Made by a program: the position numbers and the translations under genes. A stretch of 64,000 bases of DNA, taken from assembly GCA_977030845.1 (NCBI GenBank), contig OZ365115.1, forward strand, positions 8,556,001-8,620,000, given 5' to 3'. The notes beneath the pieces are model-generated. The model worked only from the letters and a program-made list of their open reading frames with translations. It was not told the origin of the DNA and made no database searches. Below, piece after piece: positions 14,001 through 30,184 of this stretch. Within the stretch, counting starts at the first letter, position 1, and each line of letters starts with the position of its first letter. This DNA comes from Fimbriosthenelais zetlandica (Eukaryota).

Positions 14001-17000
14001 AGGTAATGGTTCACTTCCACTGAGGAGACTAAAGAATGCTAAATATATACATTCTTTACCCTATATTATACACTATATATTATTTTGTCATCCACGAGAA
14101 ATTTGGCATCAATATTTATTTCTCAATAAGCCAACCCATGCCATAATTATGTTTTTAAATCCACTTGTTTTCAACGCATTTGCGTCAACTGCATGAATCA
14201 AGACCTCATTATTATAAATAATTATGAACTAATATTTGTTAGAAGCAGATCTTTTTTATTTAGTCATGTAAATATGAAATATTTTATATAGAGGCCTATT
14301 TAAATGATGTACATTTTCACAAGGGTTAAAATTGTATCATTTGCGATAAATGATTATTTGTTTATGAAAGGTGAATCTACAGGGATATAACGTGTTACAA
14401 ATGAGTAACAAAACAAGAGTAGGCCTGTAGCCCACATATCATAACAATGACTGATATGTACTTGTAAAGTGGATTATGATTTAATGTATTATAATGTATT
14501 CATAGGAAAATAATATTAAATTTATAAACCCTGGTTCATATAAAATAATATATATATCATTGAATACACTGCTCAGATTTGTATCTATAATATGAATTAT
14601 AGAACGTATTTACGTGCATTCATTTTCCCCTTGGTCCGACGGTTAAAATCTTCGCATCTTTTATTGTTTCCTGATCCTGAAATCCTGTTCACTTACTATA
14701 ATTATTATATAAGGATTATTTTCGTCCTGATTCTGGGAAGAGATGAGCACGTGATGTTATAAATGGGGCTTGACTGATATGTTGTTGTTGTTGTCCCTTT
14801 AAGACTGTCTAACGACAGCCCCGGGGTCATCTGCGATCAATCCTATAGGTGAGCTTTGATAAGGCCGTTGGTAAATATCCTCAGACCCACATACTCTAAG
14901 CTCGTTCATTTTTTTTATTTTAGAATTCATAATTTTGAGCGCTTGTAAACACGGACAGTTTTAACTTTTTGCCAGGAAAGAATATGTGAGAGCTATCCTG
15001 CTTAGATTAGAAATTAATATAACAACTTAAAAATTAATCACTGTGGGAAATAAACAGACACGAAATTGTTTGTGCATACAATACTTTCAGTACTGTAAAT
15101 ACCCAGTATTTTGCAGGAACCCGTTCCAAATACAATATTAGCCATAGACGAGCATTGCTAATGTTCCATTTGAAATGGGCTCCATGAATAGACCCAGATT
15201 CCTTGTTTTCCGACATCTTTTAACGAGAACAAAGCACATAAAATGCATAGTCACCAAGAAGCAATCATCATTGGGTCCTAAGATGAATAAACATTTTATA
15301 AAAATTTCCAATAGACTGAGCATATTTTGCCCATTGTGTGAGGTATATTGTCAGTGGGATACATTATTATTTCTATGGCATTATAATTACGGAAAGGAGA
15401 GTATTGTTTTTTACACTTTCCTACCTGTGAAGTCCATTTGAAAACTGGAAAATAAATTATCACAAATAAAATACTTTGACGTCTTGTTCCTGATTGAATA
15501 AAATTAAACATTAAAAAAAGCAGGAGCCGTTTCAAAGCGAGTATCATCAATAGAGATTCAATACTTAGCAAGATGCGCAAAAATCATGTACCAATGGTAA
15601 GTGAGCAAAAGTAGCGCAGAATAGACATTGCACGATATTGAAACAGCCAAAGTTAAACCTTAGTATAGGTCAACACGAGACAATAGACATTAGCTGTCGT
15701 TGTGTTAGGCATGCGATTTCCTTCAGAAACTGGTCCCAATTAAGAAACCAAGAGGCTGATCCCCCATAAAAAGTTGCCATGCATCAATTTTAGAAACCCG
15801 AGCACCTAAACTACCATTAGAAAGTCTCAAGTGAAAAGTGAAGCAGAAGAAATAGAGCCTCACATTCTATGCTAATGAGAACATGGAGTAACTATTTGGT
15901 GGACTTGACCAATATATATGGAGGTTCAAAGATTAACCAAACTGTGTCGCCCTCCACAATGGTTTACAGGGATTTTTATCTACTGGCGCGGGGAGGGATA
16001 TTTTTCACAGGGGAGCCGCGCGCCCAGTGCTAGGCACGGAGCTTGTTTACAGCCAAATATGTTTGTTTGAAGTTGTGTCAATTAGTAAAAAATAAATATC
16101 GTGTGTGACAAAGCACATGCATTGCACGGGAATCACTAGTTAGTTATTTTGGGGTTTATTCCCCTATTCATGAATTATATAAATTTTCGATGGAATAGTT
16201 GCAAATTTGAGAAATCTGTCATTAAGATTATAGTAATGATAATGCATCGACTGTTCTATCCAATATAGGGAGCAGCATAAATGTGTATGAAAAGTACAGA
16301 GGCACATAAATGTCATTGAACTGCACAAAAAGATATTTCTTTTCTTATAATGACATATACACGTGGTAGGCCTATCACCGATTTCAATTTGGAGGAAAGA
16401 AAATCCCCAAAAGCTGTAACTAGCAACCAGTGAGAAACAGAAAGTATACACTTGCGTATTTCTCTACCTCAAAATCTAAAATTACGTGTAGTGCTGCCCC
16501 CTGGAATAGAACCAGTGTTGTAACTTCCTACACCCAGACACTCGATAAAGTTCTACTAGTAGTAAATCATAGGCAAGCAATGTATCTGAGATTGTACTAT
16601 TATGTACATTCCCGTGGCCATCGCTCTCCAACAAGCCTGTATTGCTGAGTGGCAGTTCTGAAAGGGGATACAGTGTATCCAAAGACCAAGCCTAAAATAG
16701 CAATATAGCAATTGAACCTTAAATGGCATACATAGAATAGACATTGATAAGAAAACATTGGTTAGAAAACAATGAGAAGTCCTGTTATAGACAGTCACAC
16801 AAGGGAAAATTCAACCGGTGGAAAATTCAATCATAAAAATCTTACCACAACATACCGTCCTGAAGCCTCTGTAGACGCTTATGAGAGATGGCCTGTGACC
16901 ATTATTATTCAAGTCCCCAAATGATCATTCACTTCTTCACCTCGAATAGATTCTAGTTCTTTCATAACGTTGGCGGAAGTACACCACAGTTACGGATCAT

Positions 17001-20000
17001 GGGAAATCCACCAATGAGATATAAGCAAGGCGGACTCTCCAGGATCCTTGAATGTGATAACTTCCGGTTCTGGAGGTGTGGTTAATTTGGCGATTTGGCG
17101 GTCATTTACCTCGCTAATTATGATGAGAGTGATCAGTCAGGATTTTAGTTGTTTGCTGTCGAAAGTGGGGGAGGCTAGTGTGGTGGTTGATGATCGCCTG
17201 ATGACAGGTTGCCGTGGAAATGGCAAATGATGAGAGTATAATTAAAGCCTAATAGCAGGCAGACCAGCTTGGAGAGAGAGATAACACCCCCTCGTGGCCA
17301 TTTTTACCTCGACACCAGTATGACACTCGCCTCGGACTGAATTAATGACGGACGCTTAACTCTCCTCTCCTCCTCTCAGCTATTACATTCGTTACAGCCA
17401 GAGCATCATCGCAGCCTCGTTCTGGTTCTAGATGCCCTCAGGTATCCTTCCCTGTCGCCTTTGTGTCCCCAGGCCATCGCCATGTTGATGGGGGAAGGGA
17501 GGTGGGGGGGGGAGGGAAGTAGAGGGGGTCAGGGAGCCCCCCACCTACACCAGCGCCACACCACAAGGCTGTTCAGCACTGCAGGTCCTGCCTGCAGGCC
17601 ACTGTCTGACAGACTTGTTGCCCCCAGGAGCACCGCCATCTTGGGACACCAGGCGTCCCACCACTGGAGGTGTTGGTCAGCTCCTCTAAAGGTTATGCCA
17701 GCCACTCACAGACCTACAACATGGTGTGGTTTTTATTTCCACGAAAATTAGGCACTGTGGATGTAATTTCGAGAAGTACAGGGGCCGAGTAGCTGAACTA
17801 GGGCTAGTGACACTGGCCCTGGAACAGCTGGTGCCATGGTGGCCAGCTGGTGCCATAGGAGGCCGTTATATGGCTGATCGGATATTGAAGCCTCACCACT
17901 TTTAGCTCCAATCACAGACACAACAGGTTCAACACTTATCACCACCAACTCAACACCTTCAACCACCAACGAACTATTCTACATTAACAGGTTCCTGGAA
18001 TACATATGATAATACACTTCTGACAGTGTCTTATTCCTGTCCAAGTTGACAGAACATTAGGCCTACACTTTGGTGCCAAACTCACAGGTGCTTATTTACC
18101 TTTTGCCATATTTTACCAATGACTATACACATCTCTCCTTACTTTGTTTCAATTCAGGTTTACACCAGCACTGAGGAGAGGGAAGAGGCTGCCGAGAAGG
18201 AACTTGGAAATCAAGATATTGACATCATGCAGTGACGTTTCTGGTTTTGTGGCCTTACCGAATGGGGGGCTGGAAGTTAACGTAGTCCCGGGTTGTGGTT
18301 TATAAAGGCCCCTGGGACTATGTCAACTTACAACTTTCCATTCGGACTTTCTACACGTGATCTGCTCATCAAGATGGCTGGCCCTCTAACAGGAACCAAA
18401 AGTTGCTGTCTGCAAAACAAAACAGTGTTTGTGAAGTCTTTAGTGTTGGCTACTGGCTTTGTGTATAATGTATGACAATAATGATCTTCAGTTATTCATG
18501 GGAGCCATGTATTTGGTGACACACTGGACAAGTTTGTTTTACTAATCACATTATATTTTAAAGGAACTGCATTAATAATACTTTTCAAGTAACTGACCAG
18601 ATATTTTCAGGCAAAAATTTTAAACTAAAACATTTTAAACGACATAATTCATTTTAACACATATCTATTTCTTCCTCATACATAAGATAATATATTTTAA
18701 GTTTCCTATATTTGCTGCATATAGTGCATTTAAGTTAATGACGAAAATGCCTCTTACAGGAGTGAACAATATCAGAATATCACGTTGAATGGAATTGTTC
18801 TTACTAGGCTAAATCAAAGCACAGCATTGAGAGAAATGCATTTGGCACTGATAAGAAGGAAAGGACAGTATTGTGCTAGACCTGTGAGACTGATATCCCA
18901 ATTTTCTCGAGACCCACAATCTTCCATCCAAAAGACCTATATGCAATTTTGGGCCAAATCATAATAGTTCATCACTTTGGAAAACGATGAATTTCACGTG
19001 AACCACTGATAAACGCTGGCCAATTATAAGCTTATGAATACCAAGTGCCCCATTATTATTACAGAGAGGTGTATATAAGTAATCCTATTTAACAAGACTT
19101 TCCAGGTAATAACAATGAATTTCAGAACTAAAACAATGACAAAAACCAAAAACATGTTAACATAAGTTGTAATTAATCATATATGACCAGTCAGTGTTTA
19201 ATTAAGCAGCAGCAGCCCCAATCCACCCACCCAACCATGAAGTCTGATCAATGCTGTTTTTTTTCTCGTCTGTCCAGGCATCTATGGTTGATTATTAGTG
19301 TTTTTACTTGTATCATGTTGCGTCAGGTATAGGTATATCGTGGTACCAGCTGTCGTGAACCTTCATGCTACACCATTCATGCTATCACATGTTAATAAAG
19401 GCCTAGTTACCACTAAATACCAGCCCCATTGCGTCACTGCCACCGTGAGCAACACCTTTAAAACGTCTGAACACTTTATGTTTGTCCCCCGAGGCGGGGA
19501 CCCAGCTTAAATATGTGATATAGAGTGTGTCATTGCCAGACCGAGCCGGGAGCGGACCCCTCCCCCACCATATGGTTATAGGTGCCTATCACCATCATTA
19601 CAGAAATGACTGCCTCTTAATTTCATCATTGACACGTCCATAAGTGGCATTGGTCATTTGTCCAAAGTCATGAATACATGTATATAGATAGATGTGATTC
19701 ATTTTCTTACTTCTAATAAAGAAATGATGACCGATTTAGATCATCTCAAAGAATGATGATTAGTTTCAGTAATTTCGAAATATTTAATTCAGAACCCATA
19801 AAGTTATGCTGCCTCATATTGGACAGAATAATGATATTGTTCCAGAAGTTAAGATAATAACTCGAAAACAAGTTTGACATATCCATATCGACAACAAGAC
19901 ATTTTAAAATATATCCATAAAACCTCACCATGCTGGCATGGTGTTCATTCATTTAATCGCCGTTCATTCTTTAACTTATCCAGAAAATATTTAAGTAATA

Positions 20001-23000
20001 TAATGCATGAATCATCAAAATGTCCACATCGAAGGGATACCTACAAGCCGAACTTCCTCAGCATGCATCACAATTATGCAATTAATGGATTAAAAGAGAC
20101 CCACTCCGAAGTATGTCCATTCACCTAAACAAGCATCATGCCATCTAAATAATTACCCCATTCAGTTAAGAAAGCAAAGTTCTAAGAAAAAAAGAATCAA
20201 ACATCAAGAAACAATATAATAAAAATGAGCAGAACCAAATCAACTGTTGTAAATGATAGTACACAGTATCTGAGAAAGCAATTGCTTTAACGTAAGTGTT
20301 GTCTAAGGTAACCATTGCATGCTTATAAGTTAATAACAGAAAAGTAAAAAACTGAATTGAAAGTGAAAACAAATAATCTCATATATATATATAGTCAATT
20401 AGAATAGAAAAATTAAAATATACTAAAGGGACATCTTAAATGCATCCCATCCAACTCTTCTTATCTTGCAAGCCTTGTCGTATATATGGAGAAAAAGATA
20501 CCTGAGGGGAAAAATAAGAAACATATCAAAACTTTCGCCTGAAAAAGAAGCCCTAAAGAAATCCTTGACATATAGAAAGAATCTTTCTAGGAAATTAAGA
20601 TGCCTCAGAATCAGAAGATCTCAAAAACTTCAAATATGGCTGCAGGACACTGCTGCATGTCGGGGTTATCCCTAATTCCTAACTCACAAATCACAAATTG
20701 TCTTCTTACCATTAATCGTTGTCCATGTTTGATCTTCTCCAAATTCCTCCATTCCATTCAATGGATTCCCATTCCATTGATTCACAATCTGGATGCTATA
20801 TAGCATCAATGTCAGTGTATAAGTGTGAATGGCACTATATAGTCCACTAAGTCAACCAAAGCTTCCCAGGCTGCTTCCTCCTCAGATCTAAGACAAGGAA
20901 GTGTGCAGGCACCTCTTGTCTCAGAGCCCTGTTGAGACATGCCATGCATCGGAATGTGTATCCCTAATAAACTCCCTACAGGTCGTCCATCGCAATTTAA
21001 GCATCAGGAGCATTGAGATACCTCGAATTGCCCGCCTTTTCCCAAACAGAGGCCTGACTGGCTGAGCTCTTGGTAACCTGGCACGCCCTCTTTCCGGAAA
21101 AGCTGGCAAAAGTTGGTCTTTCCTATTGTTCCTGACGGCAATGGGCTCTGGAAACCATCACCTGGTCGAAAACGAGCAGTGCTGGAGGCTGATGGTGGTG
21201 GGTTGGTCGTTGCGGTGGTATGGAGGGACAGCTAGGGGCCTGCGGTGGTGTCAACATTGACTGATGTCCAGGTTATGCAGCAACAATCAACGGCAACACG
21301 CCACAGGCCACCAGCAAGAGCAATTGCAGTAGTAACGAAGATTTCCTATTCCATGGGAGAATGGTGACCCTTATGTCCTCTGCCTCTAAAATCTTCTCTC
21401 ACTTTTCCCAGCCTCGGGAAACCTCTTAGCATCCTCTGGCTACTTTCATCCCACCCCAACGGCTAAAAACACATCTATAAATGCCTCATCCATGCATGCA
21501 TAATCAAAATTATTTTGAATATTAAAAGAATTTCCAAAGAAAAGAATCACATCCTATACCTGAACCCACATTTAATTGTTTGAGAATTATTCTGCAATGA
21601 AAACTGAAGAAAATGAGCAATTCTGACGGGGTATAAACCTATATCAGTGCTCCCATTAAAGTTCGACCCCTGCTAGGCGTATGCCTGCCCAATGGTCTAT
21701 TTTCAGCCCGCCCCCACCCCCTACCCTTGCCCAGACCCCTCATAAAGCCCTCAGGTATATCAAGACATCTTCAGGTGGCAATATCAGGCTTCAACCCAGC
21801 TGGTGAACTTTTACAGCTCTGTTTCTTAAGTCCCCTGCCAGCCTCCCCATCTCTATTGCCACAGCTTGCCCCCTTATTTCCTCTCAGCTCACCTCAAGGC
21901 ATTCATATTATGCATATGAGACCTCCCAATGACTTTACACAGAGGTGCATTTCATTTGAGACATTTAAAGATGCTGACAAGATAATTAGGCATAACTTTG
22001 AGGACCAAAATTATACTGGAAAGCATCAAAATTGTGTTGGCATTTTTGAAATTATTTTTCATTTCTGCCGTCAACTTTCGGTTTAGTTGAAGGTAGTCAG
22101 CTGTGCCTTATGTACAGGCATCGGAATAGTTTTATTATAGATTTAGTTTAACTGGTATACTCTGAATGCATTCTTGTTAATCTGACTTGATATGGATATG
22201 ACTCGTCATATTGGCTAGGAATGCTTTAAATAGCACAAAATAATTAAGATGGCCAATTCATCCTTTCTACCCCCAGACGTCCTATGCGCTAATGTAAATC
22301 TCGTCGGGAAACAAGAGGTGAACATTGAGATTTTCGATACGTGGTTATGAAAGACGCGATAATATTCAGACAAAGATGATGTAGTAAAAGCATCAGCCAT
22401 ATTGTTATGTTCAATTTGGGATAGACAATGGGAAATAGTGAAGAAAGGGGAGGCTATAAAGGTGCAATATGAGCAAATTAGCATAAATAAAAGTGTGAAA
22501 AAGACTCAGTCCCTACGGTCTTTCCATTATCCCATGTGAAAATTATGAATGAAATTTTGACCTAGGGCTGAATGGAACCGAGGGAAGTAGTTTTGGAAAA
22601 AGCCCTCGGGAGCTTGGAGCCAGGCCGCGGCATGTCCACTCGGTTCTCATGTGTAGCTTTGGGACATTGTAATCGACCAGAGGGAATATGTGACTTAGCC
22701 ACGGGTTAGACAACAGCTTTTTGAACGCGACGAGATTTTGAATAATCTGTATTTTAAATGGTTATTTACCATGGTTTGATTCCAGGTGCGACATATTGCT
22801 AAAGTCAGGGCTGCTCCGCAGGTGGAACCATAATACGTGATTAATTGCTATAGACTCCACTATAATATATTTATATCCCTGGTCATTACCGTAAACCCCC
22901 TGGTTATATAATTCACATGCTGCTGTAGGTTCCATCCATTTTAGCCATTTCATGAGGCAATATATTATAGGCCTAAGCAAGAATTGTTCATTTCCATATA

Positions 23001-26000
23001 TTTCATAATAGACGAAGAAATATAATTATTAAATAGAACATGTTTCAAAGGAAAGATCTACTGCTTTATAGCTCATAGATTTACGGGGATATTTAGAAGA
23101 GACTTATCTATATCGGTATGTCTTCAATATTGACAATCTTTGCCATGCAACCTTAGCATAGAGTAGAGTAAAGGAAATTATTGTGTTAGATGTTTGTCTG
23201 AAATCAGTCTGCTGAAAATTGGCACGATTCTCACTTGAAGTTAACGACAATATCGCCCTAAAAGCATTTAATTTACCACGGCAGAATAGCACAATATGAA
23301 GTCTGAGACCTGAAGTTTTAGCCAGAGAATGCATGTGCATAAAATCCCAAATATTAATCTGGAAAACTGGGAAAAATCGTTAGGTCAAGAATAAGAATTT
23401 TAGCCGAAAAGACATTCTCTAAATTGTTCAGAGACAAACTTGTCGAATAATCTGAATAAATGAATATCACGAAACATGCACATGTCAACTAAGGAATCGA
23501 ATGGTTCCCCCTTTTAAAAAAAAATCGGGCTGCTTATTGTCAGACGTTGGACATTTTGGAAAAACTATAAAGTTGTTTTATCAACACTTTTTATTATACT
23601 TAAATTGAAAGATACCTAGGTATGGGCGTTTAATCATCAAAATGTCATTCTGTGAAAGGACCCCGAAGGGATGGCTGAACACTGTGGCCATTGTTTTAGT
23701 TGGCCTCCGGTTGGCAGACAACCTCAGGGCTAGCTAGAAGCTAGAGTGAAGGGTGGGGTGGGTGTGAGGTGTGGAGGGGGGTGGGAGCCGCTGGTAGGGG
23801 GACACTTCTGAGATGGTATCATATCACATAAAAGGTGTCCAGGTAATGGATAGAGAGGGCAGCTGGACAGGCAGTGGTGGACAGGTAACATATACATCAC
23901 CTGGCTATAGAGGGAGAGTGAGACATCTCATGGCAGATAATTGCCCGACAGGTGGTCTGGTGCAGTCATATATATGTATAGAGGTGATTGAGCTAGGGTG
24001 GGTGCACTGAATCTTTACAACCCCCACCCACTGACCACCCCTCCCCACTATACACTCCAATTTACTCTCACAGTTATCTTAATCTGTGAATATTGTTCCT
24101 ATCACACCTCCCCAGCATATCTTTTGATACCTTTTGGGTAATATCTGTAGCTTACAAAATAAACTTCATGATTACTGTGATATAAAATGCACAATGACCA
24201 GTCATACATGTAGAGCCTAATTTTAATCATATCAGACATATGTAGGCAAAGTCAGCTTTAAAGGAGTGTGGACCCTCCAGCCCTGGCGACCCCCTCCAAC
24301 TCGGGGACCCCACCCCACCCCCAATCATCTCGTCAGAGGGCGTCCACCTGGATCTTGGCCGGACCCTTGGTCTGGCAGTCAAGACTGCAGTACAGTTTTG
24401 CCATAGGCTATTGGCCTGGGCTATATATTGGTCTCAATATAGGCTATCTACTAACCTTCTCAATTGCCCTTAATTATAATGCCAGCTTTGTCATGTAAAA
24501 CGAATATAAGTATAAACATAAATGTAGATTTTCGAACGGATATGACAATGAATATAAAATATAGCAACGTCTAAATTTAACATAGAACTGAGCGAAATTA
24601 TATGGAAACTATTCCAAGAATTTGCCCCAGAAATAAAATGCATATTCAAACTAGCTCCATACACCAGCTATAATAGCCCAGTATCCAAGGGGCCTATGGC
24701 ATGTTATATGTACTAAAAATAGATCTATGGATTTTTCTATTGAAATAGGCACCACGCAGTGTGAGCTATAGTTTGGAAACACTCTCATTTCGTCACCGGG
24801 CCACCTGTTGGTTCCGAAGAACACTAAAATCATCAGGCACTCAGAGATTCTCAGTATGGTGTCTAATCACATTGTGTTTTATATACCGTTATACAGATTT
24901 TGATTTCCATGACAACCCTATATATAACAAATGATTCCCCCCTCTCCAGTATGGGAGGGGGGATTTTGTGGTTTAAGCCCCCTAGTTGGCTAAAGATTTC
25001 ACCATTTCTAAACGGAATCTTTCCATTTCTCAGGGGTGATTATAGACTGAAATTCTGTCTGTATATCCGGTAATTACAACCTATATACTTATACTTAATC
25101 TTTACTGTGATTAAGATCCCACGACAATTCACGAAAAGATTTCTTAAATAAAAAAAATGCTGGTGCCGTGGTCGGGGGGGGGGGGGGCTAGATCCATCAT
25201 ACAAAGTACATCTGAAAAGGTCTAAATAAGGTATTTTGAATTATTTTCCCTATAATGCAAGGATTTGGTGTCCGATACTAACGACAAAAAAGGAAAAATC
25301 CGAAAAAAAGAGATGAAGATTAAAATGTTAAGTATCTTTTAGCTATAAATCATCTTGACATCTCGTCATCTTCACAACTATTATCACCGCATTAAGGGTA
25401 GAGGAGTGAACGCCCCCTTGAATAACGACTGCTTTGTTCCTGCTTCTGGACACTTAGTGGATGTGGAAAGGAGGGGAAGGGGGAGGGGAGGGGGAAGGGA
25501 AGTGGAAGGGGAGGGCACGGAATAGATAAGGCGTGCGCCTACAGTATTTCCCCCGCCTTGTCTTCCTGTCTCTGTCCACTTCCGCAGATATTGATAGGCC
25601 AATATGAGATTAATATTCACGTTAGTTTTAAATATAGGCCTTGCAATTAATGGTCATTTGTTGGAATTTAAATTTTAACATATATATTTTCGTCACATTG
25701 GGTTAATGAAATGTCACCTACCATCATAATATACAACCACGACGATACATTAATTACCCAGATTATAATTCACACGAATTACTTTTTTGATGAAAATTCT
25801 CCTCGAATTGTAAAAGCTAAAACTTCATCATTTCTACTCTCAAGCGCTTGATCACCTGATTAGTTCTAATTGCTTATTGAAAAATGAGTAACATTTGATT
25901 GCAAACCAAAGCACGTGCGAAGAAGAGAGGCTATGGGATATCATTGTAATGGGAGGTAGGACCTACTGAGTGAAAGTTAGAGGTGAGAGCATGGTACTAT

Positions 26001-29000
26001 AAGGGGAGGGGTTGAAACTTACCTGTGACTGTTGAGTGGGCATGCCATGTAGTGTTCCCATAGATGGGCGTGTCTCGGTGGCTGATGTGCCTATTGTTAC
26101 CTGCAGGCATCAATCTGCTGCCGCCGGCGCCTCATTATGCCTAATTTCATTAAGAGAAACTTTCCATTAACTTTTAACTCTCACTCTCTCTTTAGATTGT
26201 CTCACCAGTTCTTGGTAGTATTATCTCCATTAAAATCAGCTTTCTTCTTGATTCTTTTATCAATTTATATCCTGTACAAATGATGGGGTGGTTGTGTGTA
26301 TGGAATCAGTGTAGATTACCATGGCAACGTATGTGAGGATGGGTAGAGATCACCTTGTGGGGTAGATGCCCTCACCCCCAGCAGCTTTCTGTCAGAATGC
26401 CCACAGACGTGGCCACTCTGCCGGGTTTATATGAAGGGGTCGCCACCAGGTGTGACAGTGTGTGCTTGGAGGGAAGTGAAAACCTTCAGTGTAGCTGGAA
26501 AAAGCTATCCTTACAACCATCCAAATCAAAATTTATCATCAAGCAGCCGCGACAGAGGGGAAAAAGACTATACTGTGTGGCTGGGTGGGGGAGGGGGTGC
26601 CACTGCCACCTCTGACACTCAATATAAGTCTACAAGAGGCGAAAGGCTGGCGGGCAAGGAAGAGGCTTTTATCTTCAAACCTTGATTGCAGCCTGGGGGG
26701 ATGGGCCCCCTATTTGAAGATGACAGGACATGGGTCATGTCTGTCTGCAGACGACGTCCGTGGTTGACTCCATTCTGCCACCTTTTTGCATGGTTATGAC
26801 GTAACAAACCAGGCAGATGTTGAATTTCCTGTCTGAATTTTATGTACTCGAGTTTGTCTGGAAAATGTTGCTCTCGTTTTAGTACTGACATTGGTTTAAG
26901 ATTTGAGAGGAAATATAATGTAGATCGGGGGGATATTGCCCTGGCGCTATATGTAAAGGTGTGAAATTATTAGGTTAATAGCCTATTCCATCATTGTATG
27001 AGGGACGGAGGTCAATATGGCCTTGAGACATCTTTAAAATGTCTCACGTTGAAATTGCCTACCAATGGGAACACGCATGGTGTGTGATCTGGTATAGGTT
27101 GCTTGATTGTATTTCTCGTATATATGGATATGCACCCATCAACCCCTATGCTATAACCTTGCAAGGTCATTGAAAAATAATTCTCATGTAGTGAAATGTA
27201 TAATAGAATTTTAGGAACATGAAACACTTATATTAAGTTGACTTTGAAACCTGGCATCAGAACTATACCCTCTTACAACTGCGATACCTTAAGAGAAATA
27301 TCAAGAAACCCACATATGATGAACTCATGGCTACCATATTTTAAAAATCGCACAAGGAAGTGACGTTTCATGTATTGCTGTGACGGTTCCAATCCCTGCT
27401 TGGAAGCTTTGCTTTGTACAAAGGTGGCTTCTTGTGGAAAAGAACTGTAATACCCTTCATTCTGATTGGCTAATCCAAAACTTGGCGGCCTCCATATATT
27501 GCTTATTTCGGGCGCAACAATCATAGATTTCTATCTACTGAAATGTACACATCAGATTGCTATAATTTTTAGTCAAATCAATTATCTAAAGTCAGAACTA
27601 TCAAGGACAATTATAAGTTTAAACTCGTGTTTCCTATCCCTTTATGATGAGGCAAGACCATTCCTGACTAATAAAATTAGCTGTATACTTGTTCTTTTCA
27701 CAAGACAATAATTTAGAGTCTGAATAAATAATTTCACCAAGAATAATGGGAGGAATGTGGTTCAAGATGATGATGGGCACCACGCATTACATTAAATTAA
27801 TGTACGATCCATTTCAAATTCTAGAGTTTCTAAGGAACTAATTGCGCGCAAAACGTCTGGATGCCCTGCCTTCAGTTTTAAAAGTACTACTTATAAAAAC
27901 AACATAGCAAAAGCAGCTTTGATTCCTATAGATGAAAGAATATTCCCATAAATAATATTTTGAGGCACCTATGCAATGCATGTCGTCTCACCACGGGAGG
28001 GTACATGTGGAAGCTTAAATGTGAAATTAGACTGAGTTGATTGACCGCGATAAGGACTGATGTCTACCGCCCGCCTCCTCAACTTGCTTCCCGTACATTA
28101 TAGACTCTGCCTAAAGACACTAAGCTATTTTGATTTATGATTTTTACTTTGTCATTCAGATATAAGGATGCAGCATCTATACAGATGTTCATACATCAAA
28201 ACCAATGAAAAACGAATTATTTATTGGGTAGTTAACCCATCAGTACTTACAACAGTCTGACATTCTATTGATTCACTATTTATTTATCAATTCAGCTACA
28301 TTCGTGTGTATGTTGAGACGTAGGATTGAATATATAATTATGTTTATATGGATTTCTATATTACTAATTAGTAGTAAAAAAAGGTATAAAGGAATTGACA
28401 AATTGAAAAGATTAAACCATCAATGCCTCTTCATTGCCAAACACTTGAAGTCATGGGTGAATTTCATCCTATAAGGTAGAAATAGGGGTACATGCATATA
28501 TATACATGTACCGGTATAAAATACTACATGTAGTTCAAAACCCGTATAAATGAACACATGGAAGAAAGAATGTAAGCAATGACCCAAGTTATTCCCCAGG
28601 GGTTGGTATAACGCCAGGCAAAAGCCTAACGACCTTTTATACCTCAATTTGCCCCCCAAATCATTAGTTCTACAAAGAACTGGGGCATGACTACGCTTTC
28701 ACTCTATCTCTACCTTATCTCAAGAAGACATAGCAATAAGTGGACAGTATTATTTTTATTGAATTAGACCGCTTTACAGACCAATTTCCGTTGAGCAACG
28801 TATCTGCATGTAGTTTTAATAACATAATACAATTCGTCAGATGCCAACAAGAAGTTATTTCAGGTATTGTTATCCAGTGTAGGCCTACATGATCATGAAG
28901 GACTTATGCTCTGATGAGGAAAAAAATTTATTTTACATAGAATCGCCAGTCACCACATTGCGCTTGAAAAGGCTATAAAACCGCATTACAAAGGAATCAA

Positions 29001-30184
29001 GGTCAATTAATTACATATACGAGTTGCAAAGTAAGCCTAAATCTCATGCGTAAATCAATATGGTCTCATTCATTTACAGGCAATTCATCTTCTACAATAA
29101 TAATAATAATAATAACAAAAACAGCATCCTGTTTTTGACCGCATATTTCAAGCCACTTCAGATTATTTTCTATAATAAGGGTATAACGACAGATCCAAAA
29201 GCCAGCTGTCCGATATATGGATTCTATAATTTCCTCATCAGACATAGACATGACATTTAGGTAACAGGTAACTACAGGCATATTATGGTAACGACAGATT
29301 GAAAGGCTGACAGGACTTTTATGAGGGATATAAGGGTAACCCTGCCGATGTTGCCCTGAAAAGCTTTTCATACATTAATTAGGTGTGTGCTTAAGAAAAA
29401 TTAGGCAGGATAAGGAACACATTCAGGCGTGGCTATCACATTAGTGTCCTGTCGGAGGACAAAACTATCACGCACGTTGCCAGTACTAAAATCCAGAGGG
29501 CACCACTGTCGTCTCAAAGCAGCCTGGCCCCACATCTCCAAAGATTTTAAAGGGTCTATCTAGCTGCATGAAATATTTTTCCATTTCCACATCCTTGTTT
29601 ATGAGGGAGGAAGCAGAAGTAAAACTAAAGGGTATAGGGTATGCAGCCAAATGGATAAAAAAAATTGTAGGCCTTAGAACTTCTAATAAAATACAAGACT
29701 GCTTTACTTTGTATCCTTCAAGGGATATGAAACGCTTACCGGTAGGCCTACATTAACTTAAGTCGGCTTTATTAAATTTGTAGCCTGGCAGAACACTAGG
29801 CCCTACTCTCCTAAGTTTTGGTGCCCATGCTATGTCATGAGAGAAATATCAAGAAATGCACTGCTAGTCTGCTATATAAAATGTACTACAATTTGATGAC
29901 CATGTTTCCACAGGCTTCTCAAATCTGCACTGCTAATAACTAAGTCTTAGGCTAATCTGCACTTACCCTTCCACATGCACTTAGGCCTAGGCCTACCCTT
30001 CCACAGGCAAGCATGTCTGTCATCCACATATTATACTCTTCTCAGTCCTTCCCCTGCCTTCAGTGGTGATTTAGAAGAGTTTCAGGTGAATATAAGCAAG
30101 AAATCGACGTTAATCCAGCTGCATCATGCTCTGATTTCGGAAATTTAGTTCAGAGACGGCCATTTTGCTTTTTGGCAACTCTTA

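Noticed and set aside
20921-21400. GC-richer, coding-like patches at 17.0-17.9, 20.9-21.4 and 26.3-26.9 kb
   Set aside because: All frames are interrupted by stops and there is no recognisable motif; probably decayed transposon or regulatory DNA.
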